DNA of 64,000 nucleotides from an uncultured delta proteobacterium (lineage in GTDB: Bacteria; Myxococcota_A; Polyangia; Fen-1088), in assembly GCA_963767925.1 (NCBI GenBank), contig CAVYGB010000008.1:1504001-1568000 (forward strand). The letters are read 5' to 3'. Made by a program: the position numbers and the translations under genes. Positions 51,601-59,621 of the stretch are shown piece by piece. Numbering within the stretch: the first letter of the stretch is position 1; every line of letters begins with the position of its first letter. The notes beneath the pieces are model-generated. The model made no database searches. It was not told where the DNA came from and saw only the letters and a program-made list of their open reading frames with translations.

Positions 51601-51630
51601 CCAGCTACATGTCCCAGCTACATGTAGCTG
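51601..51630. promoter_or_regulatory. 12-bp direct repeat overlapping a perfect 16-bp palindrome CAGCTACATGTAGCTG
   Basis: ccagctacatgt (51601-12), ccagctacatgt (51614-25), palindrome 51615-51630; sequence certain, function inferred. Confidence 0.5.
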
Positions 51631-51752
51631 CTCGTGAGACAGCGGGGCCGGCCACAGACGGGGAGGCGTCAGTCGCGCACGCGAGTCGAGCTTGCGCAGG
51701 CCTTCACAAGGACCGCCTCCTCACCCGGAAGGTGCCGCGTCGCGAGCAGACA

Positions 51753-51842
51753 GCCAAGGTCTTCGAGCGCCGGCACCAGGAGGTGGTCGTCCTCGTGGAG
51801 GTTGGCAAACGCCTCGCAAGTCACCAGCGCCACCGTCTTGCG
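51753..51842 (-). pseudogene. N-terminal relic of a RimK/glutathione-synthetase-like ATP-grasp protein
   Basis: KTVALVTCEAFANLHEDDHLLVPALEDLG resembles that family's N-terminus, then loses similarity. Confidence 0.45.
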
Positions 51843-52019
51843 GGCGCACCAGACTGAGACCGAGGCGCCCCCGATGAGGTGAACGGCTGGAGGCCGCCGC
51901 GAGAGCCGGTCGGAGCGAGGCGAGAAGGGGAGGGCGGCGCCCGTCCCTCTCCACCTTCGTCTTATGCCAGAGCCGGGGGCTTGCGGCAAGCCCCCGGTCG
52001 TGCCGCACAGTCATCGACC

Positions 52020-53480
52020 ATGACGAATCACGCAGTGGTGATCGCGGGAGGTGGTCCGACCGGGCTGATGCTGGCAGGTGAGCTGGCGCTGGCGCGCGTC
52101 GACGTCGCCATCGTCGAGCGGCGCACCAACCAGCACGTCGCCGGCAACCGCGCAGGCGGTCTGCATGCACGCACCATCGAGGTGCTCGATCAACGCGGAA
52201 TCGCGGAGCGCTTCCTCTCGCAAGGGAAGGTCATGCAGGTCGCGGGCTTCGCGATGATCCCGCTCGACATCGGTGACTTTCCCACGCGCCACAACTACGG
52301 CCTCGCGCTACCGCAGGAGGGCATCGAGCGCGTCCTGGCCGCGTGGGTCGACGAGCTGGCGGTGCCGATCCATCGCGGCTGTGAGGTGACGGGCTTGGCC
52401 CAGGACGCGACCGGCGTCGACGTCGCGCTGTCCGACGGCCGTTCGTTGCGGGCGAAGTACCTCGTCGGATGCGACGGCGGTCGGAGCCTCGTCCGCAAGA
52501 AGGCCGGCATCGACTTCCCGGGATGGGATCCGTCCATCAGCTACCTGATCGCCGAGGCCGCGATGACCGAGGAGCCAGCCTTGGGGTTTCGCCCCAACGA
52601 AAGGGGGATCAATGCCCTCCGCAGACTGGAGGACGGGAAACGCGTGGGAGCCGTGTTGAACGAGGGGCCGGTCAGGCAAGGCGAAGCCCCGACCCTCGAC
52701 GACCTTCGCGAAGCGCTCACCGGCGTCTACGGGACCGACTTCGGTGTTCACGACGTCACCCTCCTGTCGAGGTTCACCGATGCCGCCCGGCAGGCGTCGT
52801 CCTACCGAGCTCGACGCGTGCTCCTGGCCGGGGACGCGGCGCACGTTCATGGCCCGACGGGGGGCCAGGGACTCAACCTCGGTGTCCAGGACGCCGTTAA
52901 CCTGGGATGGAAGCTGGCCCAGGTGGTCCACGGCACGTCACCCGAGCGCCTGCTCGACACCTACCAGGTCGAGCGGCACCCGATCGGAGCGCGCGTCCTC
53001 AAACTCGCCCTGGCGCAAACGGCGGCCATGCGCGGTGACGAACGAACCAAGGCCCTGCACGAGAACCTGTCCGGGCTGCTGAAGATGGACGAGCCTCGCA
53101 AGCGCTACGGCGCGATGATGTCTGCTCTGGACATTCACTACGACCTCGGCCCGGGCCACCCCCTGCTCGGGCGCCGCATGCCCGATCTCGAGATGGCCAC
53201 CCCCGACGGTCCACGTCGGGTGTTCACCCTGCTGCACGGTGCCCGGCCGGTCCTGCTCGACCTCGGTGAGTGCGGCGCCCTCGACATCGCGGGCTGGGTG
53301 GATCGGGTGCAGCGGGCCGAAGCTCGCTACGCGGGCGGGTGGGAGCTCCCGGTGCTCGGCGCGGTCGCGGCTCCCCCGGCCGTCTTGATCCGACCCGACG
53401 GACACGTCGCCTGGGTCGGCGACGGCACGGATCAGGGCCTTCGTGAAGCCTTGACCGCCTGGTTCGGCCCCCCAGTCTGA
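52020..53480 (+). CDS. FAD-dependent monooxygenase (class A; Rox/MhpA-like)
   Basis: IAGGGPTG, VGCDGGRS, LAGDAAHVHGPTGGQGLNLG, LIRPDGHVAW. Confidence 0.93.
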   Translation: MTNHAVVIAGGGPTGLMLAGELALARVDVAIVERRTNQHVAGNRAGGLHARTIEVLDQRGIAERFLSQGKVMQVAGFAMIPLDIGDFPTRHNYGLALPQEGIERVLAAWVDELAVPIHRGCEVTGLAQDATGVDVALSDGRSLRAKYLVGCDGGRSLVRKKAGIDFPGWDPSISYLIAEAAMTEEPALGFRPNERGINALRRLEDGKRVGAVLNEGPVRQGEAPTLDDLREALTGVYGTDFGVHDVTLLSRFTDAARQASSYRARRVLLAGDAAHVHGPTGGQGLNLGVQDAVNLGWKLAQVVHGTSPERLLDTYQVERHPIGARVLKLALAQTAAMRGDERTKALHENLSGLLKMDEPRKRYGAMMSALDIHYDLGPGHPLLGRRMPDLEMATPDGPRRVFTLLHGARPVLLDLGECGALDIAGWVDRVQRAEARYAGGWELPVLGAVAAPPAVLIRPDGHVAWVGDGTDQGLREALTAWFGPPV

Positions 53481-53499
53481 GCGTGCGGATCCCATACTC

Positions 53500-53722
53500 C
53501 CCTCAGCGTTGAGGTTCGTCGCATGGCGCGCGCGTTCGATCTGCCGGAACATGGCGTAGGCGACCCCGCTCGCGTGCAGAAGGCGACGCTCGAGCCGAAC
53601 GGAGCGACAGCGTGTGCGGCTCGCCGCCACGACAGGAACTCGCCCGCTCGCCCACAGCGAGCTGTCCAGACCCGTTCGACGCAAGGAGAATCGGACCGGC
53701 GATCGTCGATGGCCAGGATCAT
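53500..53722 (-). pseudogene. Internally deleted AraC-family regulator relic
   Basis: MILAIDDRRSDSPCVERVW..RAGEFLS joined out of frame to LERRLLHASGV..FRQIERARHA (HTH-like). Confidence 0.55.
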
Positions 53723-54076
53723 GGGTGGGTCAAGGTCCGGGGCGCACGCCGACCTCCGCTGCGGAGTTCGAGCTTCTCTCCAGCGTGATGCAGAGCTGGC
53801 CGGGGGGATTGGGGACGCTGGTGAGTGGAGAGGGGCCGGGCTGGGCGTGAAACTGGGGCCACGGACGCCTCCGCAGAACCGCGGACGCACGAACCGCGAT
53901 CCGATCGGCTTTTCGGCGAGGCATATAATGCACCAGCTACTGAAAGAAGCGGCACGTGGCACGACGTACTCTTCCCGACCATCCTGACCTCGAAGAGGTC
54001 TTCAACTGATTGCGTCGCCGCTCGCGATCGGAACGTTCGGGGCCTCGAGTGGCAAATCCCTCACCGAAAGTCGCAA

Positions 54077-54451
54077 ATGGACCATATTGGATTGATCGTT
54101 TCCGACGTGGAAGGTGCCAAGACCTTTTACAGGGCTTGCCTTTCGACGCTGGGCTGGGAGTTCCGTGACTACGGTGATCGCGGCGGCGTCTTTCGCAACA
54201 GCGGAAGTCCTCCCTTCTACGTAACCCCCGGGGCCGTCGACGCATCTGGGGCCCACTTCGCGTTTCGTGCCTCGTCCCGTGAACAGGTCGAAAACTTCCA
54301 TCGGGCGGCCATCATGCAGGGCGCGACAGACAACGGCGCCCCAGGATTGCGACCGGATTATGCCCAAGGCTACTACGCGGCGTTTGTCTTGGACGCCAAC
54401 AGAAACAACCTCGAAGCGGTTTATTACGAAGCCAAGGACGGCGACGGATAG
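54077..54451 (+). CDS. VOC/glyoxalase family protein
   Basis: DHIGLIVSD, FY, HFAFRA, GATDNGAPGLRPDY..GYYAAFVLD..NNLEAV; visibly lower GC. Confidence 0.92.
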   Translation: MDHIGLIVSDVEGAKTFYRACLSTLGWEFRDYGDRGGVFRNSGSPPFYVTPGAVDASGAHFAFRASSREQVENFHRAAIMQGATDNGAPGLRPDYAQGYYAAFVLDANRNNLEAVYYEAKDGDG

Positions 54452-54594
54452 CGAACGTTGGCCGCGCGCGCCGTTCGATCGTCGTGACCGTGGACGGCCG
54501 GTGGCGTCGTCGTCACGCTCGAGCGATTCGCAAAGGCGAGTCACCTGGCGCGGGTCAGCCCCAGCACCTCCGCGCCTACGACCAGGGCCCGACT

Positions 54595-54622
54595 AGTTGA
54601 CATAATATCTCTTATCGGACAC
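54595..54622 (-). other. dif-like XerC/XerD recombination site
   Basis: Minus strand GTGTCCGATAA-GAGATA-TTATGTCAACT; 11-6-11 layout, XerD arm 9/11 and XerC arm 6/11 identical to E. coli dif. Confidence 0.88.
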
Positions 54623-54686
54623 CTCGACTGTGGCAGCTAAGTAAGGAATGTCCGCGTAAGCGTCGCGTCAGATACAAGCGGCGGGC

Positions 54687-55862
54687 ATGGAGAAGCCCCC
54701 GGAGCTGGTCACGATGAGCACGAAAGAGATCGACCGGCTGGAGGTCATTCGGCGCGTGCTGGAGCACGGTCTCAAGCGAAGGAAGGCGGCTCAGCTGCTC
54801 GGAATCACGAGCCGGCAGGTGTGGCGGCTGTGCGAGACGTACAAGAGCGAAGGCCCAGCTGGGCTGGCGTCGAAGCGCCGAGGCCGTCCCAGCAATCGCC
54901 GCCTGTGGCAGGACCTGGAGAAGCGAACCGTCGAGCTCGTCCGAGAGCTATACGGCGACTTCGGGCCGACGCTGGCCCGGGAAGGCACCAACGGGCTCGG
55001 CCAGGGCGTGACCCAGTTCGGGCGGGCCCTGTCGGAGCTCAACATCGACAGCATCTGCGCGAACACGCCTCAGGCCAAAGGCCGGGTCGAGCGGATGAAT
55101 TCAACGCTGCAAGACCGGCTGGTGAAGAAGCTGCGCCTCCAGGGCATCAGCACCATGGAGGCCGGCAACGCCTTCGCGCCCAAGTACATGGAGGACTTCA
55201 ACCGCCGATTCGCCAAGCCGCCCCGCAACCCGCACGACGCGCACCGCCCCGTCGACGAAAAGGTGCTCGAGGACGTCTTTGCCTGGCGCGAGGAGCGCCG
55301 AATGACCCGCAATCTCGTTGTCCACTTCAAGCGCGTCTCGTACCTGGTCGAGCCGACACCCGAAGCGCTGAAACTCGGGGGCCAGAAGGTGCAGGTTCGC
55401 GAGTGGCAGGACTGGAGTGTCGAGATCAGCTGCGATGGAGTCCCCCTGCCCTACGCGGCCGTTGACAAGCAGCCTCACGTCGCGCCCGGGGACATCGTCG
55501 ACAATAAGCGCCTCGGCGCCATCCTCGTGACGATCCAGGACATGCAGACGAAGCGGGACGAGGCGCGACTCGCCTCGCCGAAGGTGAAGCTTGCGGACAA
55601 GGAGCGGCTCCGGGCCAAGCGCCTCGCCATGCTCAAGGAGAAGGCCTTGAAGGCCAAGGAGCCTCGACCCGCGCATCCTCCCAAGGTGGTGCGGCCCGAG
55701 CGAATCACGCTCGCTGGCGTCGACCCCAACAGCCCAGTTCAAGCGTTCCTCGATCGGTTCGCCGTCGAGCAGGCCGAGCGCCGGCGCAAGTACAACGAGG
55801 CGGGCAACGACCGCACGCGGGCCCGTGAGTTCATGGACGCACGCAGTCGACCGACCAGCTGA
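54687..55862 (+). pseudogene. IS1202/ISNCY transposase with in-frame deletion of most of the DDE core
   Basis: HTH (MSTKEIDRLEVI..RQVWRL), DFGPTLARE joined to TQFGRALSELNI..ANTPQAKGRVER..TLQDRL; QIDG/DD/YSD segment absent. Confidence 0.85.
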
Positions 55863-55902
55863 GCAGTCGGAGGCCTGGCCAACCTTCGATGAGGCCACCA
55901 AA

Positions 55903-55995
55903 TGTGATCACCACTGGTTCGACTCTCGCGGGCCGGCGTGCGCTCTGCGCGTCTCTGTCGACGACGCAAAGACGGAGTCGGCGTTTGCGCATCTC
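55903..55995 (+). pseudogene. Degenerate fragment of the IS1202 transposase catalytic core
   Basis: CDHHWFDSRGPACALRVSVDDAK-TESAFAH matches the recalled family pattern DGS.H.WFE.RGP.C.LL..VDDAT..ES. Confidence 0.7.
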
Positions 55996-56194
55996 GGTCA
56001 TCGCGAACGCCGCGATCGGAGCATCGAGGACGGAGCGATCGGACCATTGTGAATGGGGGTCTGGTTGGAGCGAAGCGACGCTGAGAAGCGGACGTCTCTA
56101 CTTTAGCCGTAACAGACATGTAATAGCCGAAAGTGTACCTTTTACCCACTGTGCCCGTCCCCCCCCCCGGCTCGGAGTGACCAGGAACGCAACC

Positions 56195-58621
56195 ATGATG
56201 AACGACCTGCGCTACGCTTTTCGCCAGCTCGTCCGCGCGCCCGGCTTCTCGGCGCTCGCGCTTCTGACCATCGCCCTCGGCATCGGCGCCTGCACGGCCA
56301 TCTTCTCGGTGGTCTCGGGCGTGCTGCTGCGGCCGCTGCCCTATCCGGAATCCGACCGCCTGGTGGTGGTCCGCGAGACCAACTTTCCCAAGTTGCCCGA
56401 GTTCTCGGTGGCGCCGGGACAGTACTTTTCCTGGGTCGCGCAGTCTCGCAGCTGGGAGAGCCTCACCGCGGTCCGCCGCGCCTCCTACAACCTGACCGGA
56501 CGGGGCGAGCCTCAGCGGCTCCTGGGTCGCCGCGTGACCGCGAACTTTCTGCGCACGTTGCGGGTGGCGCCAGCGCTGGGGCGGGATCTCTCCCCCGAGG
56601 ACGAGGTGCCGGGTCACGAGCGGGTAGCCATCGTTAGTCACGGTTTCTGGCAGCGGCAGTTCGGCGGCCGGCCCGATGTGCTGGGGCAGACCATGCAGCT
56701 GGACGGTCAGCCGTTCACGATCGTGGGGGTCATGCCCGCCTCGTTTGGCTGGGTCGGGAAGGGCGTCGTGCCGCAGCCGGGCGCCCGCGCCGACCTCTAC
56801 ACGCCCGCCGCCTACACCGCCGACGAGCGCGGGCAACACGGGGCCCACTACATCGGCGTGTTCGGCCGCCTCAAGACGGGCGTCACCCTCGATCAGGCCC
56901 GCGCCGAAATGACGGTCATCGCCGATCGTCTGGCCAAGCAGCTCCCCGACACCAACAAGGGCTGGGGGGTAAAGCTGACGCCGATGCTGGAATCGGACGT
57001 GGGCGAAGCGCGGCCGGTGCTGCTGGCGCTCCTGGGCGCGGTCGGCTTTCTGCTCCTCATCGCCTGCGCCAACGTCGCCAACCTGCTCCTGATGCGGGCC
57101 ACGGCCCGCAGCAAGGAGATCGCCGTCCGGGGCGCTCTCGGCGCCGGACGCGCCCGGATCGTGCAACAGCTGCTCACCGAGAGCGTGGTGCTGTCACTGC
57201 TGGGCGGGCTGCTCGGGCTGGCCGTGGCCAAGGGCGGGCTGGGCGCGCTGCTGGCGCTCGCGTCGGAGACCCTGCCGCGCGCCGGTGAGGTCTCGGTCGA
57301 CCTGAGCGCGCTCGGTTTTTCAGTCGGGCTCGCTCTGATCACCGGCGTCATCTTCGGGCTGGTGCCCGCCGTCCAGATCACCCGCCTGGACCTGCAGCAG
57401 ACCCTGAAGCAGGGCGGGCGCGGTTCCACCGAGGGCGTCGCCCGGCACCGCCTGCACGGCGCACTGGTGGTCGCGGAGCTAGCCATCGCCCTGGTGCTGC
57501 TGGTCGGTGCCGGCCTGCTGATGCGCAGCTTCGTGCACCTGCAGCGGGTCGACGTTGGCTTCCGTCCGGAGAACGCCTTCGCCGTCGCCCTGCAATTGTC
57601 CGAGAAGAAATACGAGACCCCCTCGCAGAAAGTGTCCTTCGAGCAGCAGGCCAGCCGACGCCTGGCGGCTATCCCGGGCGTGTCGGCCGTGGGCGCCGCC
57701 CACGTGGTCCCGCTTTCGGGACCGGACCACAACCTAATCTTCACGATCAAGGGCCAGCCGCCCATCGCCCCGTCGGATCTACCGAGCACCAACTATTACG
57801 CCGCCAGCGGCGGCTACTTCCAGGCGATGGGCATCGGTCTCGTGCGCGGGCGCTTCTTTGCTGGCACCGACACCGCCGCTTCGGAGCCGGTGGCCATCAT
57901 CAACGAATCGATGTCCCGCAAGCATTTCCCGGGTGAAGATCCGATCGGCAGGTTCATCAATGTCACGGGCGATTCCGACAAGTGGCTGCGGATCGTCGGC
58001 GTCGTCCGGGACGTGCGCCAGTACGACCTGCACAGTGACGTCACTGAGCAGACGTACGAACCGCTGGCTCAGAACCCATTCGAGCTCCTGACGTTCATCG
58101 TGCGCACCTCCGGCGGCAGCGCCGGCCTGCCCGCCGCCATCCGCCGCGCCATGTACGACGTGGACCGCGACCAGCCGATCGCCACCATCCGTCCGCTGCA
58201 GGAACTGGTGGACGGAGCGATGGCCCGCCAGCGCTTCGCCACGTCGCTGTTCTCGGTCTTCTCGGCCACGGCGCTGCTACTCGCCGCCATCGGCATCTAC
58301 GGGGTGATGGCCTATTCCGTGCGCCTGCGGACCGGCGAGATCGGGGTACGCATCGCCCTCGGCGCCGGCAGCGGCGACGTCCTGGGCCTGGTCTTTCGCC
58401 AGGGCGGCCGCCTGCTGGCGCTTGGGCTGGCCGCGGGGATCGCGGGTGCGCTGGTGCTGACCCGCGTCCTCTCGACCCTCTTCTTCGGCGTCAGCGCCCA
58501 CGACCCGCTCACCTTCGCCGCCATCGCCGCGCTCCTCACCGTCACCGCCGCCCTGGCCTGCCTCTTCCCCGCCCGCCGGGCGATCGCCATCGATCCCATG
58601 ACCGCCTTGCGGTCGGAGTGA
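56195..58621 (+). CDS. Duplicated MacB-type ABC permease (ADOP-like), no ATPase partner
   Basis: DLRYAFRQL..APGF, LLRPLPY, LLIACANVANLLL, RSKEIAVRGALGAG, EIGVRIALGA, PARRA..DPMTALRSE. Confidence 0.93.
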   Translation: MMNDLRYAFRQLVRAPGFSALALLTIALGIGACTAIFSVVSGVLLRPLPYPESDRLVVVRETNFPKLPEFSVAPGQYFSWVAQSRSWESLTAVRRASYNLTGRGEPQRLLGRRVTANFLRTLRVAPALGRDLSPEDEVPGHERVAIVSHGFWQRQFGGRPDVLGQTMQLDGQPFTIVGVMPASFGWVGKGVVPQPGARADLYTPAAYTADERGQHGAHYIGVFGRLKTGVTLDQARAEMTVIADRLAKQLPDTNKGWGVKLTPMLESDVGEARPVLLALLGAVGFLLLIACANVANLLLMRATARSKEIAVRGALGAGRARIVQQLLTESVVLSLLGGLLGLAVAKGGLGALLALASETLPRAGEVSVDLSALGFSVGLALITGVIFGLVPAVQITRLDLQQTLKQGGRGSTEGVARHRLHGALVVAELAIALVLLVGAGLLMRSFVHLQRVDVGFRPENAFAVALQLSEKKYETPSQKVSFEQQASRRLAAIPGVSAVGAAHVVPLSGPDHNLIFTIKGQPPIAPSDLPSTNYYAASGGYFQAMGIGLVRGRFFAGTDTAASEPVAIINESMSRKHFPGEDPIGRFINVTGDSDKWLRIVGVVRDVRQYDLHSDVTEQTYEPLAQNPFELLTFIVRTSGGSAGLPAAIRRAMYDVDRDQPIATIRPLQELVDGAMARQRFATSLFSVFSATALLLAAIGIYGVMAYSVRLRTGEIGVRIALGAGSGDVLGLVFRQGGRLLALGLAAGIAGALVLTRVLSTLFFGVSAHDPLTFAAIAALLTVTAALACLFPARRAIAIDPMTALRSE

Positions 58622-58699
58622 GGACGGTCATGGCGGGCGGGCGCCTCGCTCGGGACCACTATGATCGTCCCCGCCGTCGTAGGAGGCCGGAGCCGACCC

Positions 58700-58895
58700 C
58701 ATGAACCGGCCAAGCGCCGCGGCCGGCCTCCCAAGGATGCCTCCCGAGTCGTTCTCGCCGGCGTGGACCCTCGCGGCCCCGTCCAAGCGTTCCTCGATCG
58801 CTTCGCCGTCGAACAGGCAGAGCGTCGAAGGAAACAAAACACCAAGAGCAACGATCGGAAGCTTGAGCGGGAGTTTGCTGCTGCCAAAGCCCGCG
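58700..58895 (+). pseudogene. Second, diverged copy of the transposase C-terminal tail
   Basis: LAGVDPRGPVQAFLDRFAVEQAERRRK vs LAGVDPNSPVQAFLDRFAVEQAERRRK at 55710-55790. Confidence 0.85.
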
Positions 58896-58980
58896 GCTCA
58901 GAACGGCACCCCCTCGGTGCGGCGCTGCTGACCCACAAGGACGCGTCGCATCCATGACCGGGGCATGACGACGATTTTCT

Positions 58981-59008
58981 GGAACCCGCGGGCGGGGTGC
59001 TGCGTGAA
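58981..59008 (+). promoter_or_regulatory. Putative ECF-type autoregulated promoter
   Basis: GGAACC-N16-CGTG just upstream of the ECF ATG (59019). Confidence 0.6.
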
Positions 59009-59018
59009 AGAGGCGAAA

Positions 59019-59621
59019 ATGGTGACGCTCCAGCCCACGGCCGACGCGCCCGGCGCGTCCGGTGAGCTCGACGAGATCACCCTCGCGCGCGCGCAGAAGG
59101 GGGAGCGGGTGGCGTGGGCCGCGCTGGTCGCGCACCACCAGGGCGCGGTCTTTGCGCTGATCTCTCGCATCCTCGGCCGCCGCCGCGGCAGCGCGGCCCA
59201 TCAGGACCTGGCGCAAGAGACGTTCCTGCGCGTATTCCGCGCCCTGCCCACCTTCGAGCGCAGGGGGCCGGCCCGGCTGTCGACCTGGATCCTGACCATC
59301 GCGACGCGGCTGGCCATCTCCGAGCTGCGGCGCCGACCGGTGGAGTACCTGCTGCCCGTCGACGTCGCCGATCCGGCGGCGCCGGACGACGGCGGCGCCG
59401 CGCGGCGCGGGCTGGCGCGGGCGCTGGAGAAAGCGATGGGCGAGCTGGCCGCGCCCTACCGCGCAGCCTTCGTGCTGCGCGAGCTGCACGATCTGTCACA
59501 CGAGGAGATCGCGAGGGCGCTGGACATTCCGGTAGGCACGGTCAAGTCGCGCCTGTCGCGCGCGCGGCAGGAGCTGGCGTCGGCGCTGCGCGATCTCGAG
59601 GGAGGCGGCAAGCATGGCTGA
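59019..59621 (+). CDS. ECF RNA polymerase sigma factor
   Basis: DLAQETFLRVF, LSTWILTIA, FVLRELHDLSHEEIA..L..PVGTVKSRLSRAR. Confidence 0.95.
   Translation: MVTLQPTADAPGASGELDEITLARAQKGERVAWAALVAHHQGAVFALISRILGRRRGSAAHQDLAQETFLRVFRALPTFERRGPARLSTWILTIATRLAISELRRRPVEYLLPVDVADPAAPDDGGAARRGLARALEKAMGELAAPYRAAFVLRELHDLSHEEIARALDIPVGTVKSRLSRARQELASALRDLEGGGKHG

Larger units (their letters stand above)
54629..56114 (+). mobile_element. IS1202-family (ISNCY) element, defective, abutting dif
   Basis: Left end TGTGGCAGCTAAGTAAGGAATGTCCGC; right end GCGGACGTCTCTACTTTAGCCGTAACA (imperfect inverted repeat); transposase inside. Confidence 0.78.

Noticed and set aside
54020..54480. VOC gene as an integron cassette (CGTTCGG upstream, CGAACG-N14-CGTTCG downstream)
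   Set aside because: No proper attC with L boxes and extrahelical bases, no array and no integrase; only a short hairpin.
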